NCBI GenBank assembly: GCA_050015075.1
Contig: JBEKCB010000003.1
Span: forward strand, 96,001-160,000
DNA: 64,000 bases
Direction of reading: 5' to 3'
Origin: Candidatus Brocadiia bacterium
GTDB taxonomy: Bacteria > Planctomycetota > Brocadiia > CAIUPP01
In this document: positions 36,359 through 46,597 of the stretch, piece after piece
Position numbering within the stretch: position 1 is the stretch's first letter
Layout of the letters: every line of letters begins with the position of its first letter
The notes under the pieces: generated by a model
The model's database searches: none
What the model was told of the DNA's origin: nothing
The model's input: the letters and a program-made list of their open reading frames with translations, nothing else
Position numbers and translations under genes: made by a program

Positions 36359-36579
36359 TATGATTCGAATTCGCTTCGCGACACGCCGGACTGACGGATG
36401 ATGGCGTGCAGAGTTCCGACGCGGATTTCCGGGTGATCCGGCACAGGCACCGTAACCGTTGTGTCGGGCAAGCGCCGCTGCATCACCACATGGCTTCCGC
36501 GTCGCCGGGTCTCGACAAAGCCGTACTGCGCCAGTATGGCGCAAACCTGCTTGCCGGAAAGAACGCGCAATTTACCCAA
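36358..36579 (-). CDS. hicA: HicA-family toxin
   Basis: LSGKQVCAIL..YGF.E.RRRGSHVVMQ....TVPVPDH.EI..GTL.AIIRQSG. Confidence 0.92.
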   Translation of the reverse strand: MGKLRVLSGKQVCAILAQYGFVETRRRGSHVVMQRRLPDTTVTVPVPDHPEIRVGTLHAIIRQSGVSRSEFES

Positions 36580-36793
36580 CGACGATCTCCAGGCGCGTTA
36601 CGTACACTTCCTCGTGAAGCCGGTCTCGGATTTCTGCCGGTGAGGCTGTTTCGAAGAAGAGTTCGAGCGCCTCGCGGAGATTCTCGCGCGCTTCTTCAAT
36701 CGTCCCGCCCTGGCTTGCGACATCCAGTTCGGGACAGAGCGCTACGTAGCCGTCTCCTTCACGCTCCATGATCGCCGTGAGTTGCTTATGCAT
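36572..36793 (-). CDS. hicB: HicB-family antitoxin (short)
   Basis: EREGDGYVALCPELDVASQG.TIEEARENLREALELF. Confidence 0.92.
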   Translation of the reverse strand: MHKQLTAIMEREGDGYVALCPELDVASQGGTIEEARENLREALELFFETASPAEIRDRLHEEVYVTRLEIVVG

Positions 36794-36832
36794 GATTTTC
36801 GCTCCATTTCCCCGCATTCATTTGCAATTGCG

Positions 36833-36861
36833 ATTGTATGGCCCATCGCGTCGAGTGTCAA
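36833..36861 (-). promoter_or_regulatory. Sigma70 promoter of hicBA module B
   Basis: TTGACA-N17-TACAAT in the same context (GCTTGACACTCG...TACAATCGC) as 36250-36278. Confidence 0.75.
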
Positions 36862-36893
36862 GCCGCTGTTTCCCGCTCAGGACTTTCGTCAGT

Positions 36894-37577
36894 CTACTCG
36901 ATACTTTCCCCGAGTTCCTTCGGGACGCCGATGTCCACGACGGTGACCTGGCCAGTCTGCGCGGGGCCTTCGGCTAGGGTGAAGCCGAGCTTCGGGAGGA
37001 CGAAGGTGGCGGTGCGCGTGGCGCGGACGGCGGCGCGGAGGATTCGGCCGGCGTCGCAGTCGAGGCCGCTCGGGATGTCTATCGCCAGGACCGGCTTGTC
37101 GGCGGCGTTGATGAGGCGGATGAGGGAAAGATACGGCTCGCGCACGTCGCCGGTCAACCCCGTGCCCAGCAGCGCGTCCACGATCAAGTCGGCGGACCGC
37201 TCGAGACCGGCGGCTTCGAAACGCCCGTCTTCCGCCGCGGCGACGTGCAGGTGAAGCCCCATTTTCTGCGCGATCTGGAGGTTGATCCCGGCGTCGGTCC
37301 AGGGATCAATTTCCTCCGGCGGGCACGCCAGGACGAACTCCACCTTCGCGCCGCGGTTATGCAGGTGGCGGCCGACGACGAATCCGTCTCCGCCGTTGTT
37401 CCCCTTGCCGCAGAAAATCACGACGCGCCTGTTCGCCGGATTACCGAGCATCTCGACCGCGACCTCCGCCGCGCCGCGGCCGGCGTTCTCCATCAGGACC
37501 ACGCCCGGCATCCCGTATTCGTCCATCGCCCGCCGATCCAGCTCGCGCACCTGCTCCCGAGTGCACGCTTTCCTCAT
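36894..37577 (-). CDS. nnrE: NAD(P)H-hydrate epimerase (stand-alone YjeF-N)
   Basis: LMENAGRG, CGKGNNGGDG, VDALLGTG, AIDIPSG, T.TF...K.G; starts at MRKAC with an ATGA overlap. Confidence 0.93.
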   Translation of the reverse strand: MRKACTREQVRELDRRAMDEYGMPGVVLMENAGRGAAEVAVEMLGNPANRRVVIFCGKGNNGGDGFVVGRHLHNRGAKVEFVLACPPEEIDPWTDAGINLQIAQKMGLHLHVAAAEDGRFEAAGLERSADLIVDALLGTGLTGDVREPYLSLIRLINAADKPVLAIDIPSGLDCDAGRILRAAVRATRTATFVLPKLGFTLAEGPAQTGQVTVVDIGVPKELGESIE

Positions 37578-38728
37578 GGCTTCACCCAGCCCTTGAACAC
37601 CTGGCGTCCTTTCTCGATCTCCAGGATCGCAGCCGGCTTGATGGGGTTGTGGTTCTTGTCGAAGGTGATGCGGCTGGTGATGGTGTCGAGGTCGGTCTTC
37701 TCGAGCGCGTCGCGGATATCTTTGCGGTCGTCGCTGCCCGCGCGGCGGATGGCGTCGAGGAGGATCTCCGTCGCCTCGTAGCCGAGCGAGGCCAGCGCGT
37801 CGGGATCGGCGCCGAAGCGCTGCCGATACGCGGCGACGAACGCCTTCACAAGAGGCGAATCGGACTCGCGCGAGAAGTGGTTCGAGAAATACCCGCCCTC
37901 CGCCGCGGCGACCTTGAGCAGCTCGGGCGAGTCCCATCCGTCGCCGCCGAGGAACGCCGCCTTGAGGCCGATCTCGCGCGCCTGGCTGACTTGCAGCGCC
38001 ACGTCGTTGTAGTAGTTCGGCAGGAACAGCACATCCGGCGCGGCGGGCAGGATCTTCGTGAGCTGCGGCTTGAAGTCGTTGCTGCGCTCCGGGTAGCTCT
38101 CGTACGCGACGACCTCGCCGCCGAGTTCGGTGAAGACCTTCTTGAAAATTTCGGCCAGGCCCTTGTTGTAATCGTTCGCGGAGTCGTAGAGGACCGCGGC
38201 GCGGCGGGCCTTCAGCGTGTCCCAGGCGATGTGCGCGTCGGCGTAGCCCTGGAACGGGTCGGTGAAGCAGGCGCGGAAGACATAGCGCTTGCCCAGCGTC
38301 ACGAACTGGCTGGTCGAGGAACTGGAGATCATCGGCGTGCGCGAGGCCTCGGCGACCTCGGCGCCGGCGAGCGAGACCTTGCTCATCACCGCGCCGACCA
38401 CTGCGCAGACGCGCTCACGCTCGATGAGGCGCGAGAACGCGATCTTGCCGGCCACCGGATCGCCCTTGTCGTCCTCGACGATCAGTTCGAGCGGACGGCC
38501 GAACAGCCCGCCCGCGGAGTTCGCCTGCTCGATCGCCAGCCGGACGCCGTTCTCGCAGGAGATGCCGAAAGTCGCCGCCTCGCCGGTCTTCGGCGCAACG
38601 CAGCCGATGAGAATGGCCGGCCCGGTCTCCGCGCGCTCGGCCGCCGTGTGGGCTGCTTCCTTCTTCCCGCATCCGCAGAAGCCGAGCGCCAACGCCGCCG
38701 CCGCAATCAGCCCAATCGCCCTGTTCAT
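37574..38728 (-). CDS. Branched-chain amino acid ABC transporter substrate-binding lipoprotein (LivJ/LivK-like)
   Basis: Lipobox FCGC; YVFRACFTDPFQG, DFKPQLTKI, FLGGDGWDS. No permease genes adjacent. Confidence 0.9.
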   Translation of the reverse strand: MNRAIGLIAAAALALGFCGCGKKEAAHTAAERAETGPAILIGCVAPKTGEAATFGISCENGVRLAIEQANSAGGLFGRPLELIVEDDKGDPVAGKIAFSRLIERERVCAVVGAVMSKVSLAGAEVAEASRTPMISSSSTSQFVTLGKRYVFRACFTDPFQGYADAHIAWDTLKARRAAVLYDSANDYNKGLAEIFKKVFTELGGEVVAYESYPERSNDFKPQLTKILPAAPDVLFLPNYYNDVALQVSQAREIGLKAAFLGGDGWDSPELLKVAAAEGGYFSNHFSRESDSPLVKAFVAAYRQRFGADPDALASLGYEATEILLDAIRRAGSDDRKDIRDALEKTDLDTITSRITFDKNHNPIKPAAILEIEKGRQVFKGWVKP

Positions 38729-38742
38729 CGTGGGTTCCCTTT

Positions 38743-39945
38743 TCAAATCCAGTCGCGATCTTTCAAGGAGGCGACGAGTTCCTCGGCCGCCGAAATCTGG
38801 CAGGCCGTGCGGAACGGCACCTTCTTGTCCGCGGCGACCCGCCGCATGTCCTCGAAGGCGATCCCGATCCGGTCCTCGACGACCTCGAACGTCTCGTCCT
38901 TGTCGGTGATCGAGCCGCTCTTGGCCTGGCGCCACTCGACGTACGAGGCGATCACGCCGCCGCTGTTGGCGAGGATGTCGGGCGCCACCGGAATCCTGCG
39001 CTCGTTGAGGATGACATCGGCCTCGGCGGTGGTCGGCCCGTTGGCGCCTTCGACCACGGCGGCGGCGCGGATCTTGCGGGCGTTGTCGCGGGTGATCTGG
39101 TTCTCGCGGGCGCACGGCGCCAGGATGTCCACCTTGGCCAGGAGCAGTTCGTCGTTGGAGATGTGCTTGCCCGGCGCGCCGTCGAGCGAGCCGTGCTGCG
39201 CGGCGTAGGCGAAGAGCGCGGGGATGTCGAGCCCTTTCGGATTGCACCGGCCGCCGGTCAGGTCACTCACGGCGACGACCTTGACGCCGGCCTCGTGCAG
39301 GAAGAGGGCGGCGTAGCTGCCGACGTTGCCGAAGCCCTGCACCGCGGCGGTGGCGCCCTTGGGGCTCTTCTTCAGGGTGTCCTCCAGCATCAGCAGCGCG
39401 GCGTGGCTGACGCCGCGGCCGGTGGCTTCGCGGCGGCCGGGCAGCCCGCCGACGCGCGGCGGCTTGCCGGTGACGCACTCGGGGATGTGCAGCTCGCCGA
39501 AGATCACCGCCATGTCCGTCGCGTCGGTGCCCATGTCCGGCGCCGGGACATAGACGCCGTAGCGCAGGTCGAGATTCATGACGTGCACGTATTCCTTGAT
39601 GACGGCGGTCTTCTCGAACCGGCTGAGCTTCTTCGGGTCAATGGCGATGCCGGTCTTGCCGCCGCCGAAGGGGATGCGCGCGAGGGCGGTCTTCCAGAGC
39701 ATGCGCTCGGCCAGGTCGCGCGTCTCGTCGAGCGTCACATCCGGCGCCATGCGGATGCCGCCCTTCGCCGGGCCGCGCACGGTGTTGAAGTACACGACGT
39801 ACGAATCCGCCTGGATGACCTGGTCCGGGCTGATTTTCAGGCTGAGGTTGAAATAGGTTTCCTTCTCCGGCCGGCTGAGGAGTTGCTCGGCGGTGGCGCT
39901 GATGCCGGTGTACTTGCGCAGGAGGCCGTAGTCAATGTTCGACAT
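38743..39945 (-). CDS. gdhA: Glu/Leu/Phe/Val dehydrogenase (probably glutamate dehydrogenase)
   Basis: GPAKGGIR, PFGGGK, VPAPDMGT, GR.EATGRG, VQGFGNVG, EGANGP. Confidence 0.85.
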   Translation of the reverse strand: MSNIDYGLLRKYTGISATAEQLLSRPEKETYFNLSLKISPDQVIQADSYVVYFNTVRGPAKGGIRMAPDVTLDETRDLAERMLWKTALARIPFGGGKTGIAIDPKKLSRFEKTAVIKEYVHVMNLDLRYGVYVPAPDMGTDATDMAVIFGELHIPECVTGKPPRVGGLPGRREATGRGVSHAALLMLEDTLKKSPKGATAAVQGFGNVGSYAALFLHEAGVKVVAVSDLTGGRCNPKGLDIPALFAYAAQHGSLDGAPGKHISNDELLLAKVDILAPCARENQITRDNARKIRAAAVVEGANGPTTAEADVILNERRIPVAPDILANSGGVIASYVEWRQAKSGSITDKDETFEVVEDRIGIAFEDMRRVAADKKVPFRTACQISAAEELVASLKDRDWI

Positions 39946-39983
39946 TTTGTTTTCCTTCTGAAGGACGATTGCGTTGACGGAGC

Positions 39984-41444
39984 TTATCCTTTAATCACGC
40001 CGAGCGGCCGCATGCGGCAGACTTTTTTAGCCAGGCCCGCGCCGTGGACGACGTCCACCACCACGGCCACATCTTTGTAAGCTGCCGGCTGCTCCTCGTC
40101 AAGCCCTCGGCGGTCGTGCGAGAGGGCGAAGATGCCCTTCTGTTCGAGTTCCTTGCGGATCGAGCGGCCCTGCGCGGAGCGGACGGCGGCGGTCCGCGAG
40201 AGCAGCCGGCCGGCGCCGTGGCAGGCCGAGCCGAAGGTCTCCTCCATCGCGCGCGGCTGCCCGACGAGCAGGAAGGAATACCTGCCCATGTCGCCGGGGA
40301 TGATGACCGGCTGGCCGATGGCGCGATAGACCTCCGGCACTTCCGGATGGCCCGGCGGAAACGCGCGGGTGGCGCCCTTGCGATGGACGCAGAGCGTACG
40401 CTCGGCGCCGCCGACTTTGTGGCGCTCCAGCTTGGCGATGTTGTGCGCGACGTCGTAGATGAGGTCCATGCCCAGGTCGCGCGGGCTCATCTTGAAGAAG
40501 TGCTCGAAGACCTGGCGCGTGAGGTGCATGAGCACCTGGCGGTTGGCCCAGGCGTAGTTGGCGGCGCAGCGCATGGCGCCGAGGTAGCGCCGGCCCTCGT
40601 TGGAGTTCACCGGCGCGCAGACGAGCTGCCGGTCCGGGAGTTCAATGCCGTATTTCCCCGGCGCGCCCTGGAGCGAGTGCACATAGTTATCGCAGATCTC
40701 GTACCCGAACCCGCGGCTGCCGGAATGGATCATGACGGTGACCCCGCCGGCGGCCAGGCCGAAGACGCTCGCGGCTTCGGCGTCATAGATCTCGTCCACC
40801 ACCTGCACTTCGATGAAGTGGTTTCCGGAGCCGAGCGTGCCGACTTGGCCGCGGCCGCGCTCGTACGCGCGCGGGCTGACGGCGTCCGGATCGGCGCCCT
40901 CGATGCAGCCGCCGCTCTCGGTGTGCTCCAGGTCCTCGGGCCGGCCGAGGCCTCTGCGCACGATCCAGGCGCAGCCCTCGGCGACGATGTGGCGCTCCTC
41001 GGCATCGGTGAACCGGATCGCGCCGGTGGCGCCGACGCCGGTGGGAATGTCGCGGAACATCGCGCCGACGAGCGCCTGCACGCGGCCGGCCACCGTCTTC
41101 TCGTCCAAGTTCGTCCGTAGCGCGCGCACGCCGCAGTTGATGTCATAGCCGACTCCGCCCGGCGAGATCACGCCGCCTTCGGCCGGGTCGGTCGCGGCGA
41201 CGCCGCCGATGGGAAAACCGTAGCCCCAGTGGATGTCCGGCATCGCCATCGAGGCCGCCTGGATCCCCGGCAGGAAGGCGACGTTCGCCACCTGCTCGGC
41301 GGCCTGGTCCTTGCGGATGGACTCGACGAGGCGCTCGTCGGCGAAGATGATGCCGTCGGTCCGCATGCCCGCCTTGTACTCGCGCGGGATGCGCACGCGC
41401 CACGGATCCATCCGCTCCAGCGGCCCGTTCCACTCGTTCGCCAT
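39984..41444 (-). CDS. rtcB: RNA-splicing ligase RtcB (archaeal/eukaryote-like long form)
   Basis: MPDIHWGYGFPIGG, GVGYDINCGVR, GTLGSGNHF.EVQ, HSGSRG, DVAHNIAK, HRKGATRA, CHGAGR, AYKDV. Confidence 0.97.
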   Translation of the reverse strand: MANEWNGPLERMDPWRVRIPREYKAGMRTDGIIFADERLVESIRKDQAAEQVANVAFLPGIQAASMAMPDIHWGYGFPIGGVAATDPAEGGVISPGGVGYDINCGVRALRTNLDEKTVAGRVQALVGAMFRDIPTGVGATGAIRFTDAEERHIVAEGCAWIVRRGLGRPEDLEHTESGGCIEGADPDAVSPRAYERGRGQVGTLGSGNHFIEVQVVDEIYDAEAASVFGLAAGGVTVMIHSGSRGFGYEICDNYVHSLQGAPGKYGIELPDRQLVCAPVNSNEGRRYLGAMRCAANYAWANRQVLMHLTRQVFEHFFKMSPRDLGMDLIYDVAHNIAKLERHKVGGAERTLCVHRKGATRAFPPGHPEVPEVYRAIGQPVIIPGDMGRYSFLLVGQPRAMEETFGSACHGAGRLLSRTAAVRSAQGRSIRKELEQKGIFALSHDRRGLDEEQPAAYKDVAVVVDVVHGAGLAKKVCRMRPLGVIKG

Positions 41445-41457
41445 GGCGGCCTCCCCT

Positions 41458-41513
41458 GCTCGTAGTGTGCCCGTAAGGGCATACAAGTAGCGCCCGACGG
41501 CGCCACTACGAAC
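41458..41513. repeat. GTAG-type REP doublet, copy 3
   Basis: TCGTAGTGTGCCC-GTAA-GGGCATAC...GCGCC-CGAC-GGCGC-CACTACGA between the archease gene and rtcB. Confidence 0.85.
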
Positions 41514-41530
41514 GCTCTTCGCGACAGAAG

Positions 41531-41950
41531 CTAAATATCGAAATAAACTTCAGCGACCCAGGCGGACGCGGTTCTGGCGACGCGCGCGCCATAGTACGGC
41601 ACGCCCTTGATCTCCGCGCGCAGCTCATGCCGCGAGCGGTCGAGCGCTTCGCCGCTGAGCGTGGCCACCAGGCGCCATTCGGCGACCTCACTCACGCGCA
41701 CCTGCGCGAAGGCCCGCTTCCGCGCGTCCGTGCGCAGAAGTATTTCGTGCAGCCACACGACCAGCAGGTCCACCGCATCCGTGCCGGTGACGACGACGGT
41801 CTCTTCCTCGACCGGCCGCACCGAAGCCGGATCGAGGAGCACCTCCAGCATCCCGCGCGCGGCGTTCTCGTACAGCTCCGGCAGCGTGCGCCCGAAGGCG
41901 CGGATGCCGACATCGGCGGTGTGCTCCAGGATCTCGAACGGTTTGTCCAT
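41531..41950 (-). CDS. Archease
   Basis: FEILEHTADVGI.A.G.TL.E..ENAA, LLV.WL.E.L, GE..D..RH....EIK; immediately upstream of rtcB. Confidence 0.93.
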   Translation of the reverse strand: MDKPFEILEHTADVGIRAFGRTLPELYENAARGMLEVLLDPASVRPVEEETVVVTGTDAVDLLVVWLHEILLRTDARKRAFAQVRVSEVAEWRLVATLSGEALDRSRHELRAEIKGVPYYGARVARTASAWVAEVYFDI

Positions 41951-42110
41951 GGTTCCCATGCAGTGTAACGCGCGCACCGCCCGCGACGCAAGAAGGCGCC
42001 GGTTCCATTCGGGCACGCGGCGTTCGCGCGCGCGGGGCTTGATTTCCTGAGCGCGGGGCGGATAGACTGGCGAGGTCAGGCCCATTTTCCACTCAAAGGA
42101 GGCGCATCCC

Positions 42111-43169
42111 ATGGAACGCTCTGCGCTGGACTTTCTGAAGAAGCTGGTCGAGACGCCCAGCCCGTCCGGATTCGAGCAGCCCGCCCAGAAACTGGTCCGC
42201 GACCGCCTCAAAGAAGTGGCGGACGAGGTGCGCACCGACGTGCACGGCAACGTGATCGCCGTCAAGAACCCGGACGCGCCGCTGCGCGTGATGCTGTCCG
42301 GCCATTGCGACGAGATCGGGCTGATGATCACGCACATTGACGACAAGGGCTACCTCTTCTTTGCGTCTATCGGCGGCATTGACCCGTCCATCCTGGCCGG
42401 GCAGCGCGTCGAGATCCATGACCCCCGCGGCCGCGTGGACGGCGTCATCGGCAAGAAAGCCGTGCACCTGATGGAGGCGGACGAGCGCGGCAAGCCGATG
42501 AAGATCAAGGAATACTGGATTGACATCGGCGCGAAAGACCGGAAGGACGCGCTGTCGGCGGTAGCCATCGCCGATCCGATCACGCTCGCGCGGCGGTTCT
42601 TCGAGCTGCGCAACCAGTTGATCAGCGGGCGAGGGTTCGACGACCGCGTCGGGGCGTGGACGGTGGTCGAGACCATGCGCCGAATCCGGAACCTGAAGCT
42701 CGGTTGCGGCGTCTACGGCGTGAGTTCGGTGCAGGAGGAAATCGGCCTGCGCGGCGCGCGCACGGCGGCGTTCGGCATTGACCCGCACGCGGGCATCGCG
42801 GTGGACGTCGGATTCGCCAGCGACCATCCCGAGGTGGACAAGAAAGTCGTCGGCGAGGTGTCGCTGGGCAAGGGGCCGATCCTCCATCGCGGGGCGAACA
42901 TCAACCCGGTGCTCGGCGCGCTCATGGAGAAGGCCGCCAAAGCCGAGCGCATCCCGTTCCAGATGCAGGCCGAGCCGGGCTCCACCGGGACCGACGCCAA
43001 CGCCATCCAGATCAACCGCGCCGGCGTCGCCGCCGCGCTGATGAGCATCCCGAACCGCTACATGCACACGCCCGTCGAGGTCTGCTCGCTCAAGGACCTG
43101 GACAACGGCGTCAACCTGCTCGTGGCGACGCTGCGGGCGATCAAGCCGTCGCAAAAGTTCATTCCGTGA
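42111..43169 (+). CDS. M42-family aminopeptidase
   Basis: PSPSGFE, GHCDEIG, FDDRVG, VQEEIGLRGA, GTDA, RYMHTPVE. Confidence 0.95.
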   Translation: MERSALDFLKKLVETPSPSGFEQPAQKLVRDRLKEVADEVRTDVHGNVIAVKNPDAPLRVMLSGHCDEIGLMITHIDDKGYLFFASIGGIDPSILAGQRVEIHDPRGRVDGVIGKKAVHLMEADERGKPMKIKEYWIDIGAKDRKDALSAVAIADPITLARRFFELRNQLISGRGFDDRVGAWTVVETMRRIRNLKLGCGVYGVSSVQEEIGLRGARTAAFGIDPHAGIAVDVGFASDHPEVDKKVVGEVSLGKGPILHRGANINPVLGALMEKAAKAERIPFQMQAEPGSTGTDANAIQINRAGVAAALMSIPNRYMHTPVEVCSLKDLDNGVNLLVATLRAIKPSQKFIP

Positions 43170-43208
43170 ACGGTTTCAAGCGCGCTCCGGCGCGCCGGCG
43201 GCGGCGAT

Positions 43209-43780
43209 TCAGACCGCTTCGTAGAGCGTGAAGACGTTCCTGCCGTAAGAACGCCGGCCGGCGGCGCGCAGGTGAGAGGTGGATTCGGGGATCGGGTCGC
43301 GCAGGTCGTGCTGGAGGATGACGACGCAGCCGGGCTTGAGCAGCCGCCGCTCCGCGAATTCGTCGAGGAGCGCCATGAGCGCGGCCCGGCCGGATGGGTC
43401 CTGCAGCAGCGGAAACGGCGGACCCACGAAGGCGATGTCGGCCGGGCGGCCGAGCTTGGCCAGGACGTCCGCGCACCGGAAAACATCCCGCACCAGCACG
43501 TCGGCGCGGTCGGCCACGCGGCAATGCTCCAGGTTGCGCTCCAGGTACAGCTTGTGCGCGTTGGAGCGCTCGACGAAGACGCACCACGCCGCGCCGCGGC
43601 TCAGCGCCTCGATCCCGACGGTGCCGACTCCGGCGAAGAGATCGAGCACCGTGGCCCCCAGCACGTCGTCGCGGAGGATGTTGAAAATCGCCTGGCGCGC
43701 CATCTCGGGCGTGGGGCGGACTTTTTCGCCGCGCGGGCAGTCGAGCCGCGTGCCGCGCGCCGTGCCTGCGACGATGCGCA

Positions 43781-43781
<1 letters not shown>
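43209..43781 (-). CDS. rsmD: 16S rRNA m2G966 methyltransferase
   Basis: MRIVAG.ARG, RPT....QAIFNIL, VLDLFAG.G.VGIEALSRGA; the DPPY motif appears as GPPF. Confidence 0.9.
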
Positions 43782-44725
<944 letters not shown>

Positions 44726-44830
44726 GGCGCCTCCTCTCGTGTTCAGCTTCGATGAAAGCCGCCGACAGGAACGGATTCTAGGGGCATCGCGAGCGCCTGT
44801 CAAGAACGCGCGTATTAGGGCTGCGTTAGA

Positions 44831-44860
44831 TTGACATTACGGTTGAGCGACGGTTAGACT
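44831..44860 (+). promoter_or_regulatory. Putative promoter overlapping an 11-bp-period direct repeat
   Basis: TTGACA-N18-TAGACT; ACGGTT occurs twice, 11 nt apart. Confidence 0.4.
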
Positions 44861-44948
44861 TATGGCCGCCGGTGGACCCCCGCGGCGGCGGCCGCCGGAG
44901 ATGCGCGTTCCCGCTCGGGCGAATCCTGAAGAACGTAAGGAGAGCCGG

Positions 44949-45575
44949 ATGCTTTTCAGATTTTTCCCCCAGGAATTCAAGTTCTTCGACCTGCTGGAGG
45001 AGCAAGCGGACTACGCCGTTGCGGCGGCGATCTTCTTCAAGGAAGTGGTCGCGAAAGGCGAACTGACCGTGGACGACTTGTCGAAGATGCGGGATATCGA
45101 GCATCGGGGCGACGAGGCCGCGCACGCGATCATAGACCGGCTGAACCGGACCTTCGTCACGCCGTTCGACCGCGAGGATATCTACGCCTTGACGAAGGAA
45201 CTGGATGACATCACCGACATGCTGTACACGATTGTCCGGCGGCTGTCCGTCTACAAGCTGACCGGCGTGGACAAGAGCCTGGTGGAGTTCGCCTCGGTGA
45301 TCGAGGATTCCGTCCGCGCCGTGTCGCTTACGGTCAAGGGGCTGCGCAACATGAAGAACGCCAAGGCGATCCTGCCGTCGTACGTGGAGATCCACCGCCT
45401 CGAGAATGTCGGCGATACGATGAGAGATATCGTGCTCGCGCAACTCTTTGAAACCGAGAAGGACCCCATCATGGTGATCAAACGGAAAGAGATCTACGAG
45501 GACGCGGAAACGGTCCTCGATATTTGCGAAGACGTCGCCCACGTGGTCGAGTCCATCTTTGTCAAACATGCCTGA
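44949..45575 (+). CDS. DUF47 / PhoU-like Pit accessory protein
   Basis: IEHRGD, LNRTFVTPFDREDIYAL..ELDDI, EIHRLENVGD; upstream of pit. Confidence 0.93.
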   Translation: MLFRFFPQEFKFFDLLEEQADYAVAAAIFFKEVVAKGELTVDDLSKMRDIEHRGDEAAHAIIDRLNRTFVTPFDREDIYALTKELDDITDMLYTIVRRLSVYKLTGVDKSLVEFASVIEDSVRAVSLTVKGLRNMKNAKAILPSYVEIHRLENVGDTMRDIVLAQLFETEKDPIMVIKRKEIYEDAETVLDICEDVAHVVESIFVKHA

Positions 45576-45578
45576 GTC

Positions 45579-46571
45579 ATGACAGTCACCATTGTTCTGC
45601 TCGTCGCGCTGGCTCTGGTTTTCGATTTTCTGAACGGATTTCACGACTCCGCGAACTCCGTCGCCACGGTCGTTTCCACGCGGGTGCTCTCGCCCCGCTA
45701 CGCCGTCCTCTGGGCGGCTTTCTTCAACTTCGTCGCCTTCCTTTTCTTCGGGCTTCATGTGGCGAACACCATCGGCAAGGGGATCATTGACATCACGATC
45801 GTGGACAACGGCGTCATCTTCGGGACGCTGGTGGGCGCCTGCACCTGGGATGTCTTCACCTGGTATTTCGGCCTGCCGACCAGCTCTTCTCACGCGCTGA
45901 TGGGCGGAATGATCGGCGCCGCGCTTGTGAAGGCGGGGACCGGCTCGCTGCTGTGGGGCGGCATCCTCAAGACGGTCGTCTTCATCTTCGTCTCGCCGGT
46001 CATCGGCCTCGTGCTCGGGTTCCTGATGGGCGTCATCGTTTATCGTCTGGCCGCCCGGAGCGCTCCGGCGAAAGTGGACTATGTCTTTCGAAAAGGGCAA
46101 TTGGTGTCCGCCGCGCTGTACAGCCTGGGCCACGGCGGAAACGACGCGCAGAAGACCATGGGCATCATCGCCAGCCTTCTCTTCAGCGCGGGGCTGCTGG
46201 GCGCCACGTTTCACATTCCGCTGTGGATCGTGCTATCCTGCCACGCGGCCATCGCCCTGGGAACGATGCTGGGCGGCTGGCGCGTGGTGAAGACGATGGG
46301 CCAGCGGGTGACCAAGCTCAAGCCGGTGGACGGGTTCTGCGCCGAGACCGCCGCGGCGGCCACGCTGTTCACCGCCTCGGCCTTCGGCATCCCGGTGAGC
46401 ACCACTCATACGATCACCGGCGGGATCATGGGCATCGGCTCGCTCAAGCGGTTGAGCGCAGTGCGCTGGGGCGTCGCCGGGCGCATCGTCTGGGCGTGGG
46501 TCCTGACCGTTCCCTGCGCGGCGGGAGTCTCCGCGCTGGCCTATTACCTGGTTCGACTGGCGCAGGGCTGA
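45579..46571 (+). CDS. pit: PiT-family inorganic phosphate transporter
   Basis: NGFHDSANSVAT, GLPTSSSHAL, HGGNDAQKTMG, PVSTTH. Confidence 0.95.
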   Translation: MTVTIVLLVALALVFDFLNGFHDSANSVATVVSTRVLSPRYAVLWAAFFNFVAFLFFGLHVANTIGKGIIDITIVDNGVIFGTLVGACTWDVFTWYFGLPTSSSHALMGGMIGAALVKAGTGSLLWGGILKTVVFIFVSPVIGLVLGFLMGVIVYRLAARSAPAKVDYVFRKGQLVSAALYSLGHGGNDAQKTMGIIASLLFSAGLLGATFHIPLWIVLSCHAAIALGTMLGGWRVVKTMGQRVTKLKPVDGFCAETAAAATLFTASAFGIPVSTTHTITGGIMGIGSLKRLSAVRWGVAGRIVWAWVLTVPCAAGVSALAYYLVRLAQG

Positions 46572-46597
46572 GGCCCGGTGCGCCGAGGAGCTATCCG

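Noticed and set aside
36311-36544. 77-aa ORF ending in VVDIGVPKELVESIE
   Set aside because: An alternate frame of hicA running into the duplicated nnrE end; not an independent gene.
35262-36893. TA cluster as an integron cassette array
   Set aside because: No convincing attC (RYYYAAC...GTTRRRY) pairs and no intI; the boundaries are better explained by the nnrE-end duplication.
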